Of a DNA stretch of 43,859 nucleotides, positions 1-9,094 are shown in pieces. Position 1 is the first letter of the stretch; every line of letters starts with the position of its first letter. Made by a program: the position numbers and the translations under genes. Below the pieces are notes generated by a model. It did not search any database. It saw only the letters and a program-made list of their open reading frames with translations, and was not told the origin of the DNA. The DNA comes from Thermoplasmatales archaeon (GTDB lineage Archaea > Thermoplasmatota > Thermoplasmata > Thermoplasmatales > GCA-001856825): contig JAVYOD010000003.1 in assembly GCA_038734825.1 (NCBI GenBank), forward strand, positions 1 to 43,859. The letters run 5' to 3'.

Positions 1-623
1 CTGGAGTTCTCTCACTTTGAAAATTAATTCTCTCTTGGGATAAATCGACATTCAGTGAGATATCAAGATGGACTTATCATTAAATTACCAATTTGTATCG
101 TCGTTATACGATCATTATGAATGCTGTTATAAGATGAATCTTTCAAAACAAGGAATATCAATCTAAAGAAGGGCTACTTAGGAACAAAGCATAAGGGATA
201 CGATGCTATTATTTCAAATGTAATAAGAAATTGAGTTTTGAGAAATTCAATAATGAATAAGAGAATCAAGGAATAGAGCTTTAGTTGAATATTCATTTGA
301 AATAATGAAGAGTGTATTCTACTTCTCCCAAACCTTGGGAACACCATAAGGGGTAATCTGTTTTTTCTCTCAGAATCTTTTCTAATAAATATAAATGTAT
401 AACAGCAATTCTAAATATCAAAAAAGTAAAACGTTCATTCAGGGGTGATATTGCGAATATTTTCACAGTTTTAGCGCTTAGCCAAGAATAGTTCATAAAA
501 TTGGGGGTGTTCGGAGTCCTCCTTTATGAAAGAAAAATAAAATATTTCGATTCTGCACTTAAAGATCTCATAAAGTTAATTATAAGATCATAAAACTCAT
601 ATTAGATTTTAAAATGAATATCC

Positions 624-2549
624 GTGAAAAATCGCTTTATTAAATTACTCGCGATAGCTATCAGTATTTTTCTTTTAATGGTAGCAGGTATTCAAATAAA
701 CAACATCACCCACAATAATTCTCATATTAAACCATATGTTGACGATGTAAGTACTAATGATAACAATGCCCAATATCCATCATATTTGATGCTCAATAAC
801 TGGGTAAATTCGACCATATTGGTATATACTGGGATTCAAGATAATTATATATCCGCATTCGGAAGCCCCGTTATATATGATTTCTCGTTAAAAGAAAATC
901 TATCGAGTGCATACATAACTCTTAATGAGGGGAACGTCAGCACCGAGGCGAATCTTAATGAAAATAATACAATAGAGATTAAACAGGCGAAAACTAGTGA
1001 ATTACTTTATTACGGACCGCAAAGTGATCAGCTCCTTATAAAACAGGATTCGTATACAAACTTTGAAGATTTAGTTAACGTGAGCAGTGGTACTAGAGTT
1101 GAGTATTACGGGAATCAAATAAAAATATTCACTAACCCAATTTTATCTGTTTCCTATACCAACGCAACAATTTCATTTGAAAATAAGTCTGGCATAATCT
1201 CGATCTCTCTAAATTACTTACCTGGAAGTTCTAGTCTTTCTACAGTTATTGGAAATGGAACATTTCTCTCTATTTCAAAAATAATATCGAATGATGAGAA
1301 GAGGGTCAGTGAGTGGCTAAATTCGTCTTCAAGAGTAAAACTTCCCCCAAACCTATACGAAGAGTATAATATGTCACTACTTCTTGTTAAAGACGACCAG
1401 AATCCATGGAACGGAGAGTTCACGGCATCACCTTCTCCTATCTATCTATATGCATGGGCGAGAGATGGATCTTTTGCTGCAATGTCAATGATGTATTCTG
1501 GACATATACATTCAGCCGTCAAGTATTGGACCTGGATGTCCCATGAACAGAGCAATAACTCTGTAAATGGGACCTGGGAAACAAGATTTAATTTTTGGAC
1601 AGGGGCACCAGACACATCCTGGATTTCTCCTGAGTACGATAGCGTTGGTCTTTTTGAGATAGGTATTTACGATTTATTCGAAATTACGGGTAATAAATCA
1701 CTTGTTATTCCTTTCTTAAATACCGTTAACAACAGTTTGAAATGGGAAGAGAAAAGCATATCAAAGACCGGGCTAATACCTGAGGATTACAGTATCTGGG
1801 AAGATGTTTATGCTTATAATTTCTGGACACAGGCTATAGATGAAATAGGAATGAGCGACATATTACATCTTTATTCGATTCTCGGGCTAAATACAAACAA
1901 CATTTCGTCGAATATTACAATTCTCAAAACAAACATATTGAAATACTTCACTCAAAGGGATGACACGATATTTGCAGAATACGCAACACCAACGACTGAA
2001 AACGGTCATCCTGGTTATCCATATCCTTTTGACATTTATGATTCATCTTCTCTTCTTCCTATCGCAATGGGACTGATCAGTCCAAGTTCAGCAGAGGCAA
2101 AAAGAATAGTTTCACATACCATAGCTAATCTTTCAGTGGAAGGTGGTCTAGCCCGTTTCTATGGAGATACATATCATTTTGAAGGATATCCAGACGATAG
2201 CAGTGGCCCAATGCCTCCTTGGATAATAACAACAATGTTTGAAGCATTCTATGACGAAACAGTCGGAAACAATAGCGGAGCTCTCTCATTAATGAATTGG
2301 GCGCAATCCCATTCTCAATCTGGTCTTTTGCCAGAAGCTTTAGATCCACATTCGGGAGTTCCACTTCCGTCAACATCTCCTCTAACTTGGTCTTCTGCTA
2401 TGTTCGTATTGGTAGCTGTAAATTATGAAACGCATCATATGTCTAGCCACATCTCATTTACTTTTATTTATATCATCGTACCGATCATTATAATTGCTGG
2501 CATTGCAACTTATATGTACAAAAGAAAAATTAAACAAGATAAAGGATAA
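624..2549 (+). CDS. Secreted, membrane-anchored glucoamylase-like glycoside hydrolase (GH15)
   Basis: GH15 motifs YLYAWARDG, DYSIWED and GLLPE...PLTWSSA. N-terminal hydrophobic signal segment, C-terminal TM helix with basic tail, many N-x-S/T sequons. GTG start. Confidence 0.85.
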   Translation: MKNRFIKLLAIAISIFLLMVAGIQINNITHNNSHIKPYVDDVSTNDNNAQYPSYLMLNNWVNSTILVYTGIQDNYISAFGSPVIYDFSLKENLSSAYITLNEGNVSTEANLNENNTIEIKQAKTSELLYYGPQSDQLLIKQDSYTNFEDLVNVSSGTRVEYYGNQIKIFTNPILSVSYTNATISFENKSGIISISLNYLPGSSSLSTVIGNGTFLSISKIISNDEKRVSEWLNSSSRVKLPPNLYEEYNMSLLLVKDDQNPWNGEFTASPSPIYLYAWARDGSFAAMSMMYSGHIHSAVKYWTWMSHEQSNNSVNGTWETRFNFWTGAPDTSWISPEYDSVGLFEIGIYDLFEITGNKSLVIPFLNTVNNSLKWEEKSISKTGLIPEDYSIWEDVYAYNFWTQAIDEIGMSDILHLYSILGLNTNNISSNITILKTNILKYFTQRDDTIFAEYATPTTENGHPGYPYPFDIYDSSSLLPIAMGLISPSSAEAKRIVSHTIANLSVEGGLARFYGDTYHFEGYPDDSSGPMPPWIITTMFEAFYDETVGNNSGALSLMNWAQSHSQSGLLPEALDPHSGVPLPSTSPLTWSSAMFVLVAVNYETHHMSSHISFTFIYIIVPIIIIAGIATYMYKRKIKQDKG

Positions 2550-3278
2550 GGGGTCAGCTCAGTGAAATTTATGCGTTAGATCTTGTTTCGGTGAAATTTC
2601 ACAATAAAAATTGCCGAACGCATAAATATAGTTTAGGAATTTTATATTAATATCTAAAATCTAACTTTTCTCGGTTTTATTTATATCTCTGTTTTTCTAA
2701 AGCTTTTGATGCGCGTAAACCAAGAACGGGATGAAAATTGTTGTCCTACACTCATCTTAAATACTTTCTACACTCATTATTCTTGGCTAAAAGAGTTTTA
2801 ACGTGTTTTCATCATTTCCCTCTGGGTTGGTAGATATCAGGTCAGCAGAATGTAAACGTAATTTGACAAGAATCAATCGTTTAATTTTTCCTATAAATTG
2901 GTCAGATTTTTACAAGGATAAAATATTGTTAATAAAGGATTATTTAATTTTAATTTAATATATCTACTGATTTTAAGGGGGTTAATAATACTCGACAAGT
3001 TACTAGGATCGCGTTTTATGATTCATTTTCCTAAAGGTTTTCAGATTTGTTTACTTTTTATGATCTAAAAAATTTTGTAATCTATGAATAGGAATCATTT
3101 TTTGATGAGGGATCTGAAGCCTTCTAGTGAATTTCTATCGGAGAAGAAATTTGTTCCATCTAGATGGAATCAGTCTCGACATTTGCAATTTCAGCAGATA
3201 CATTCTTTCTTACTGATTTCTTAATTTAATTAGGTTCCGAAAAGTTTGGGAGCGTAACGAAAGCTAGTTAAAATTTTA

Positions 3279-3351
3279 CGCCGCTGACCGGGCTCGAACC
3301 GGTGACCTCCCGGTTAACAGCCGGGTGCTCTACCAACTAAGCTACAGCGGC
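3279..3351 (-). tRNA. tRNA-Asn (GTT), no encoded CCA
   Basis: Reverse complement folds as a cloverleaf: acceptor GCCGCTG/CAGCGGC plus G, anticodon arm CCCGG-CTGTTAA-CCGGG, T-loop GGTTCGAGCCC. 73 nt. Confidence 0.97.
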
Positions 3352-3445
3352 TGAATGGTTTATGGTGTGCTGATAATAATATTTTCCCATGGGGTGGACA
3401 GTAAAATTTACTTAGGATTCCTGATATACGAAGTAAGGTGTATAA

Positions 3446-3964
3446 ATGGGAAACACAGATGTAGAGGAATTTTTAATTAAAAATGGTAACATAGTATTCG
3501 GTAAATTCACACTATCCTCTGGAAGGCAGTCGGACTATTATGTTGATGTGAAATCCGCACTTCTAAAACCAAAATTCCTTCGAGAGATCTCGAAGATGGC
3601 CTCAGAGTACATATCGGGTGATAAGGTGGCAGCAGTAGAGCTTGGCGCTGTTCCGTTGGGAGTGGCGGTCTCCCTTGAAACCGGAAAAGATCTTATAATA
3701 GTCAGAAAGGATAGAAAGGATTACGGCCTTGAGAAATGGATGGAGGGTAAGGTGGAAATGGGCGAAACCGTTACGTTCGTGGAAGACGTGACCACAACGG
3801 GGAATACGATATTGAAGGCAGTGAAGAAGCTCGCTGACCTTCATGTCAGGACAGACAGGGTCGTCGTAGTTGTTGACAGGAAGGAGGGGGCAAAAGAGGC
3901 CCTAGAATACGAAGGAATTGAATTGGTGAGCCTTATAGATATAGATGATCTTCGCAATAGGTAG
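3446..3964 (+). CDS. pyrE: Orotate phosphoribosyltransferase
   Basis: FTLSSGRQSDYYVD, VRKDRKDYG and PRPP-binding VEDVTTTG motifs. Confidence 0.95.
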   Translation: MGNTDVEEFLIKNGNIVFGKFTLSSGRQSDYYVDVKSALLKPKFLREISKMASEYISGDKVAAVELGAVPLGVAVSLETGKDLIIVRKDRKDYGLEKWMEGKVEMGETVTFVEDVTTTGNTILKAVKKLADLHVRTDRVVVVVDRKEGAKEALEYEGIELVSLIDIDDLRNR

Positions 3965-4004
3965 TATTTAAATATTTAGTTTATTTTATTGTCTGAAGGA
4001 ATAG

Positions 4005-4949
4005 ATGGATAACAAAAATGAAACAGTCCAGGCTATTAAGCGTTATGCGATTAAAAGCGGGTATAGCGTAGTCTGTGCCGATGAAGATATGTCGTATTCA
4101 TTTGACCTTATCCTGAAAAGAAACAATGAAACAATGGTTATCAAGGTAATGAACAACGTCGGGCAGATGACAGAAGAGCTCTCTAAATCCATTATAGCTG
4201 TGTGCAAGTTCCTAGGTGCACACCCCCTTATAATAGGCCTTGTAAATAGGGAAGAGAAGATAGAGGACGGCGTTGTATACACCAGGTATTCGCTCCCGAT
4301 AATATCGAGGCAAACGCTAATCTCTTATCTAACGGAAGGAATAGAACCGACAGTTAGGGCAGGTCCTGGCGGATTCTATGTTGAGATAGATTCTGAAAAA
4401 CTAAAAAGAATAAGAGCAGAAAGGATGCTCTCCCTGGGGGATATAGCCAGCGCTATAGGCATCACAAGAAGGACCGTGCTGATGTACGAATCTGGAATGT
4501 CAGCATCGATAGAGATAGCATTAAAAATGGAAGAACTGTTAGGAGAAGAGATTCTAGACTACGTCTCGTTCCTGTGGAACGTAGAACCCGATAACCTTAC
4601 AATCAATTTCAAAAAAATGAGGGAATTTGAAAGACTTGTTAAGACCGAAATGGAAAATAAAGGCTTCTCTATTTTCCCGCTTAGGAAATCTATAGTTAAT
4701 TTCCTTGCGGAAGACAAGGATTTTTCATACTTCGGGGGAATTGAAGAGGAACCATCAAAAATAAAGAAGAAACTCAAATATCTTAGGGAGCTTTACGAAA
4801 TCAGCAACAAGGCTGGAATTCTTATAGTAAAAAAGGGAGAAGAAACCCCGGAAGATCCCGACATACCAGTTATCTCTTACTCTGAGTTATCCACAGCAAA
4901 AGATAAAAACGAGTTTGTGGAGATGGTCAAGGAGAGAAGGATCGGTTGA
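4005..4949 (+). CDS. Conserved archaeal XRE-HTH transcriptional regulator (COG1395-like)
   Basis: SFDLI start domain, EDGVVYTRY, GPGGFYVEID, then HTH LSLGDIASAIGITRRTVLMYESG. Confidence 0.85.
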   Translation: MDNKNETVQAIKRYAIKSGYSVVCADEDMSYSFDLILKRNNETMVIKVMNNVGQMTEELSKSIIAVCKFLGAHPLIIGLVNREEKIEDGVVYTRYSLPIISRQTLISYLTEGIEPTVRAGPGGFYVEIDSEKLKRIRAERMLSLGDIASAIGITRRTVLMYESGMSASIEIALKMEELLGEEILDYVSFLWNVEPDNLTINFKKMREFERLVKTEMENKGFSIFPLRKSIVNFLAEDKDFSYFGGIEEEPSKIKKKLKYLRELYEISNKAGILIVKKGEETPEDPDIPVISYSELSTAKDKNEFVEMVKERRIG

Positions 4950-5587
4950 GGGCTGAATTTATCGGAGAAGACAGGATCGTTCTTGTTGGAATTGTCAAAG
5001 GGCTAAAGGAATCAGGGAGAGTTGTAAGCGAGGTATACTCGAATGACAAGTTTGACCTTCTCTTGCTTCCAATAACAGAGAACGAGGTGGAGGGAATAAG
5101 GAGTCATATCCGAAAACCTGTTGATGTTGAGATGGATGATATAGAAATTATTTACGAGTATTTTATGAAAAAATTCGGAGAGACAGCAATTCCACCAGAA
5201 GCATATGTTACAGCTGTGCGCCTGGCAGACAGGGACGGAGTAGAGATATATGGAATCGACATACCGACCGGAAGCTACGAAGATGTTTTCGTGAACAACG
5301 TTCAGCTTAACGATCTAATCTCTTTAAGTTTCAGGAAAAGAAGACTAATGAAAAGAAAATGGAATATGAAAGATCCAATATCATTCAGCCTTGACTGGGA
5401 CAGGTACATAAATAGGGGAGGTTACAGGAATGTAGAAAAAGAGAGGGTTAAATTTATCTCCCAGGAGATTGTTAAGAAAAAGAGGAAAAATACCCTAGTT
5501 ATTCTTGAGGTCGAGAGGTTTCAGGAAGTAGTTTCCGTCTTGAAAAATTCTCTGCAAGGATATAAATTTCAGGAGAGTGAGGAGTAG
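4946..5587 (+). CDS. Hypothetical protein, possibly TraB/ChaN-like alpha/beta fold
   Basis: 213-aa ORF coupled to the upstream gene by a TTGA overlap with a GGAGA SD. The fold guess rests only on the hydrophobic pattern. Confidence 0.65.
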   Translation: MRAEFIGEDRIVLVGIVKGLKESGRVVSEVYSNDKFDLLLLPITENEVEGIRSHIRKPVDVEMDDIEIIYEYFMKKFGETAIPPEAYVTAVRLADRDGVEIYGIDIPTGSYEDVFVNNVQLNDLISLSFRKRRLMKRKWNMKDPISFSLDWDRYINRGGYRNVEKERVKFISQEIVKKKRKNTLVILEVERFQEVVSVLKNSLQGYKFQESEE

Positions 5588-6128
5588 AAGAAGGTGGTTT
5601 TGTTATCCTCACACTTGAAAAATACTTCTTGAACTCCCAAGTAAGCTGGTCTGTTAAGTCTCCCTGCAATGTTTTGATTAGGGCACTGCCACCATTTACA
5701 AGGACAGTTTTGCATATCTCCAACACCTCTTTAGCCAGGAAGTAAGCCCTAGCCTGATCAAGTGACTTGTCACCGGTTGTGTGCATAAGCAGATCGGATA
5801 CCACCAGGTCATAACCATTCGGGCTTTTCTCGTAAATCTTATCGCGAGTTTTTCCATCTGTAATGTCTCCGAGTATGAATGAAACGTTATCTATCCTTGC
5901 CATTCCCTTTTTGTCAACAGCAACATTTAGTCCATTTGGATTAACCTCTGAAAGATACTGACTCCATCCTCCCGGGGAGGCACCTAGATCAAGGATTGCC
6001 ATCCCGTCTTTTATAATATGGAATTTTTCGTCGATCTGCTTAAGCTTATAGATGGCCCTGCTTCTATAGCCCTCCTTCTTTGCTTTTCTATAATAATTCT
6101 CGGCCCTCCTCCGCTGTATCCAGGACAT
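5499..6128 (-). CDS. rlmE: 23S rRNA Um2552 2'-O-methyltransferase (FtsJ/RrmJ)
   Basis: GYRSRAIYKL, SAM motif LDLGASPGGWSQ, K-D-K-E tetrad (YKL, VVSD, IKT, SPEIY). Confidence 0.95.
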   Translation of the reverse strand: MSWIQRRRAENYYRKAKKEGYRSRAIYKLKQIDEKFHIIKDGMAILDLGASPGGWSQYLSEVNPNGLNVAVDKKGMARIDNVSFILGDITDGKTRDKIYEKSPNGYDLVVSDLLMHTTGDKSLDQARAYFLAKEVLEICKTVLVNGGSALIKTLQGDLTDQLTWEFKKYFSSVRITKPPSSTPHSPEIYILAENFSRRKLLPETSRPQE

Positions 6129-6131
6129 GTC

Positions 6132-6506
6132 CTATTTAATTATTTTCTCGTAAGCTTCTTTTTTCATTAGGTTATTTAACTCTGAAAGATTGGTCATCTT
6201 TAGTTTGACAATCCAGGCTTCATAAGCGTTCTTGTTTATCTCTTCGGGATTTTTCTCAAGTACCTTGTTCACCTCAATTACCCTTCCAGATACCGGCGAG
6301 TAAAAATCTTCGGCAGACTTTACACTCTCAACGGTTCCAAGCACATCACCGGCCTTTATAATCGCCCCAACCTTTGGGAGATCAACGTACACTATGTCAG
6401 ACATTTGATTCTGGGCGAAGTCGGTGATTCCGACTGTCGCGATGTCCCCATCTGCTTTTAGCCACTCATGCGTTTTCGTGTAGTAGAGACCGTCTTTCAC
6501 GATCAT
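6132..6506 (-). CDS. gcvH: Glycine cleavage system H protein
   Basis: YTKTHEW, VGITDFAQ, lipoyl-lysine motif VESVKS, SPVSG. Confidence 0.96.
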   Translation of the reverse strand: MIVKDGLYYTKTHEWLKADGDIATVGITDFAQNQMSDIVYVDLPKVGAIIKAGDVLGTVESVKSAEDFYSPVSGRVIEVNKVLEKNPEEINKNAYEAWIVKLKMTNLSELNNLMKKEAYEKIIK

Positions 6507-6563
6507 AATTTAAGGAATTAACAGAAGGCAAAATATTTTGCGCATATCTTCATTAATGGCATA

Positions 6564-7073
6564 ATGAGATGTTTTGTGGCCATAGATATAGGAATTAATG
6601 AAACGATATCTGGTTTCCTGAGGGATTTAAAGAACATGGGGAAGGTTGTGGAGGGAGAAAATATTCACCTTACGCTTAAATTCCTGGGGGAGATTGAGAG
6701 TACTGAAGCGATAGAGAGGGGCTTATCAGAAATAAAGTTCCCAAAATTTATGTTGACCTTAAAGGGATTGGGCGCTTTCCCAAACTTAAACAGGGGGCGA
6801 ATTTTGTTCCTAAATGCAACGCCATCAGATAGTATTTCCTCCCTGGCCTCGGAGGTTGATGCAAGGACAAGCATGATTCCGCTCGATCACCAGTTTCATC
6901 CGCATGTCACCGTTCTCAGGTTGAAGGAACCGAAGGATCTAACATCTCTGGCTTCAAGGTTTGAATCCGTGGTTTTTGCTCAGGAATATATAAACTCATT
7001 TCACCTCTATCAATCAACCCTAACATCTAGGGGGCCTATATATAAAATAATTAGAAGTTTTCAGCTAATATAA
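6564..7073 (+). CDS. thpR: RNA 2',3'-cyclic phosphodiesterase (2H family, LigT/ThpR)
   Basis: MRCFVAI start, two HxT motifs (HLTLKFLG, PHVT), STLTSRGPIY end. Confidence 0.93.
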   Translation: MRCFVAIDIGINETISGFLRDLKNMGKVVEGENIHLTLKFLGEIESTEAIERGLSEIKFPKFMLTLKGLGAFPNLNRGRILFLNATPSDSISSLASEVDARTSMIPLDHQFHPHVTVLRLKEPKDLTSLASRFESVVFAQEYINSFHLYQSTLTSRGPIYKIIRSFQLI

Positions 7074-7327
7074 TTTGTGTCCCCTTTTCCCTCTGACTCT
7101 TTTTCCTCACTTTGACTTATTATATCTATGTAAAGTATTGCGTTTACAGGTATTACTCTAAGTTTTTCCTTTCCGTCCTTCCCTATATCTAAGAGAAGAG
7201 CAGGTTCTTCACCCATTGATAGAAAACCGTTAAGTATTCCTTCAGAAACTGTATCTTGATCTGTTGAGCTAGCGGATACAATTCTGTACCTAGACCCTTT
7301 CGTAAGATGCGTAATCATTTCATTCAC
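7061..7327 (-). CDS. Small hypothetical protein, possible Sm/SH3-like beta barrel
   Basis: 88 aa, beta-rich pattern ending LRVIPVNAILYIDI. Overlaps the stop of the upstream wHTH gene. The start may instead be the ATG at 7318. Confidence 0.7.
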   Translation of the reverse strand: MNEMITHLTKGSRYRIVSASSTDQDTVSEGILNGFLSMGEEPALLLDIGKDGKEKLRVIPVNAILYIDIISQSEEKESEGKGDTNYIS

Positions 7328-7745
7328 CTACCATGGCTTGAATTCCCTCAACTCTTTTCCTGTAATTATCCATTGCCATTTTAACATTAGCCTCAACAAA
7401 ATTCCAGGCACGTGAAAAAGAATTGTATCTCATAACATAACCCTTCTCCTTTCCTATCTGAACCTCTTGAATTATATCAAGGGCCTTCAATCTGTTCAGA
7501 TGCCTATACAAAGTTGGCTTTGAGGTGTTGAGGTATGTCATTATCTCGTTAACGGGCCACGTCCTGTCTGCCCGAGTCAGGAACACCTCCTTGAAGAGTC
7601 TGAACGGTACGCTTTTTTTTATGCTGTCGAGGCTAAGCTCCCCCCTCTCTTCTAGGTAACCAATATCAACAAGGAATTCGAACAGCAACCTATCTATGTC
7701 TCCACTTACCGTGGGATTTCTTAGCCTCACCCTTATCTCAAACAT
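7320..7745 (-). CDS. Winged-helix (ArsR/TrmB-like) DNA-binding protein
   Basis: HTH VNEIMTYLNTSKPTLYRHLNRLKALDII followed by a wing. Confidence 0.8.
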   Translation of the reverse strand: MFEIRVRLRNPTVSGDIDRLLFEFLVDIGYLEERGELSLDSIKKSVPFRLFKEVFLTRADRTWPVNEIMTYLNTSKPTLYRHLNRLKALDIIQEVQIGKEKGYVMRYNSFSRAWNFVEANVKMAMDNYRKRVEGIQAMVGE

Positions 7746-7879
7746 GTGCGCTTTATGTTATTTCTATTCTTAGTTTTTTCCTGAGCTGCTTTGTCAAATT
7801 TGTAGTTTAACAAGTACACAATGTTTATATAGAACGGATCTCTTATATTTTCTAGCCTCTAAAGGAGGAATCGGTAAAA

Positions 7880-8035
7880 TTGACTGATGAAGGGAATGAA
7901 GATTCGGACCCCGGTGGAAAGCACCGTAATTTTGTTTTTGAGGCACAATATCTGAGTATCAGCAGTGCAATTCTTTTGGAAGCAGAGCCCCCAGACCTGT
8001 TTTCGCATTTTCAGACCAGAGCCAGGAGGTGCTGA
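7880..8035 (+). CDS. Putative 51-aa leader/small protein, below the ORF-track cutoff
   Basis: TTG start 11 nt after GGAGG (7864-7868), TATA-like TTTATATA near 7824. Reads MTDEGNEDSDPGGKHRNFVFEAQYLSISSAILLEAEPPDLFSHFQTRARRC. In frame with the next gene. Confidence 0.45.
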   Translation: MTDEGNEDSDPGGKHRNFVFEAQYLSISSAILLEAEPPDLFSHFQTRARRC

Positions 8036-8038
8036 AAA

Positions 8039-9094
8039 TTGAATAATAGAGCTGTTATTCTAGCCGAAAAGGTATTCTCCTCAACTTATGGCAAAACTGC
8101 CCATGGTCTCGTGAGATATTCAGGGAAATACGAGATTGTTGCAGTCATAGATTCGCAGTTGAAAGGCCTGGATGCTGGAGAATATCTCGAAGGAAAACCA
8201 AAGGGAATACCAATAGTAGGCAGCCTAGAAGAGGCACTCATTTTCAGCCCGAAATATCTGATCATTGGGGCAGCCACTGATGGAGGGATATTGCCTCCAG
8301 AATACAGAGATATAATAAAGGAAGCGATAATTCACGGTCTCAATATAGTAAATGGCCTCCACGATTTCATATCTGACGATGCTGAACTCAGCTCCATTGC
8401 TAAGGCGAAGGGTGTAGAGATCGTCGATGTTAGAAAGATGTTCAGAGATAGGAAAATCCCGTTCACTGGAGAAATAGAAAACGTTAAATCTTTCAAGATT
8501 GCTGTGCTGGGAACTGACAGTGCCATAGGTAAAAGAACAACTACAATACTTCTCATGAAAGAACTCCAAAGGAGGGGATTCACTGCAGAGATGATAGGTA
8601 CAGGCCAGACTTCGTGGATGCAGGGAATAAAGCATACGACTGTCATAGATGCCACAATAAATGACTTTGTTTCGGGTGCGATCGAAAACGAGATAGTTTC
8701 TGCTTGGAGAGAATCAAGACCTGATTTCATATTAATAGAAGGGCAAGGGTCAATTGTGCATCCTGCCTATCCTGGAAGTTTTGAAATCATAGCAGCAGGA
8801 AGACCTGATGCCATAATACTGCAAGATGCACCTGGGAGAAAAAAGATGGATGGTTTTGACTATCCTATGCCTGATGTAGGGAGGGTTATCAAGATACTTG
8901 AGCTCCTTTCTGAAAAGAAGGTCATTGCTATAACGCTTAACACGGAAAATCTGACCGCAGAGGATTCTCTGAGATACTCCCAGGAATACGAGATGAAGTA
9001 CCATATTCCAACATTTCTTCCTTTACTAGAAATAGAAAAATTGGGAGAACTGGTGGCAAATATTGCAATCAAGAAGCAGATTATTATCGATTGA
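8039..9094 (+). CDS. DUF1611 / DgcN-like protein (N-terminal Rossmann-like plus P-loop-like domain)
   Basis: GKTAHGLVRY, NGLH, GTDSAIGKRTT, GTGQT, DFVSGAIE and IEGQGS..HP motifs. SD GGAGGTG 7 nt before TTG. Confidence 0.9.
   Translation: MNNRAVILAEKVFSSTYGKTAHGLVRYSGKYEIVAVIDSQLKGLDAGEYLEGKPKGIPIVGSLEEALIFSPKYLIIGAATDGGILPPEYRDIIKEAIIHGLNIVNGLHDFISDDAELSSIAKAKGVEIVDVRKMFRDRKIPFTGEIENVKSFKIAVLGTDSAIGKRTTTILLMKELQRRGFTAEMIGTGQTSWMQGIKHTTVIDATINDFVSGAIENEIVSAWRESRPDFILIEGQGSIVHPAYPGSFEIIAAGRPDAIILQDAPGRKKMDGFDYPMPDVGRVIKILELLSEKKVIAITLNTENLTAEDSLRYSQEYEMKYHIPTFLPLLEIEKLGELVANIAIKKQIIID

Noticed and set aside
7884-7955. CTGATGA...GAAA and CTGA as a hammerhead ribozyme or C/D box sRNA
   Set aside because: No stem II closing directly onto GAAA and no stem I/III pairing found. 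Box C lacks the leading purine and no C'/D' pair is evident. A coding explanation fits better.
8030-8035. TGC-TGA as Cys-Sec readthrough fusing the small ORF to DUF1611
   Set aside because: DUF1611 has its own strong SD and a normal N-terminus. No SECIS was recognised and selenocysteine is not known in the inferred lineage.
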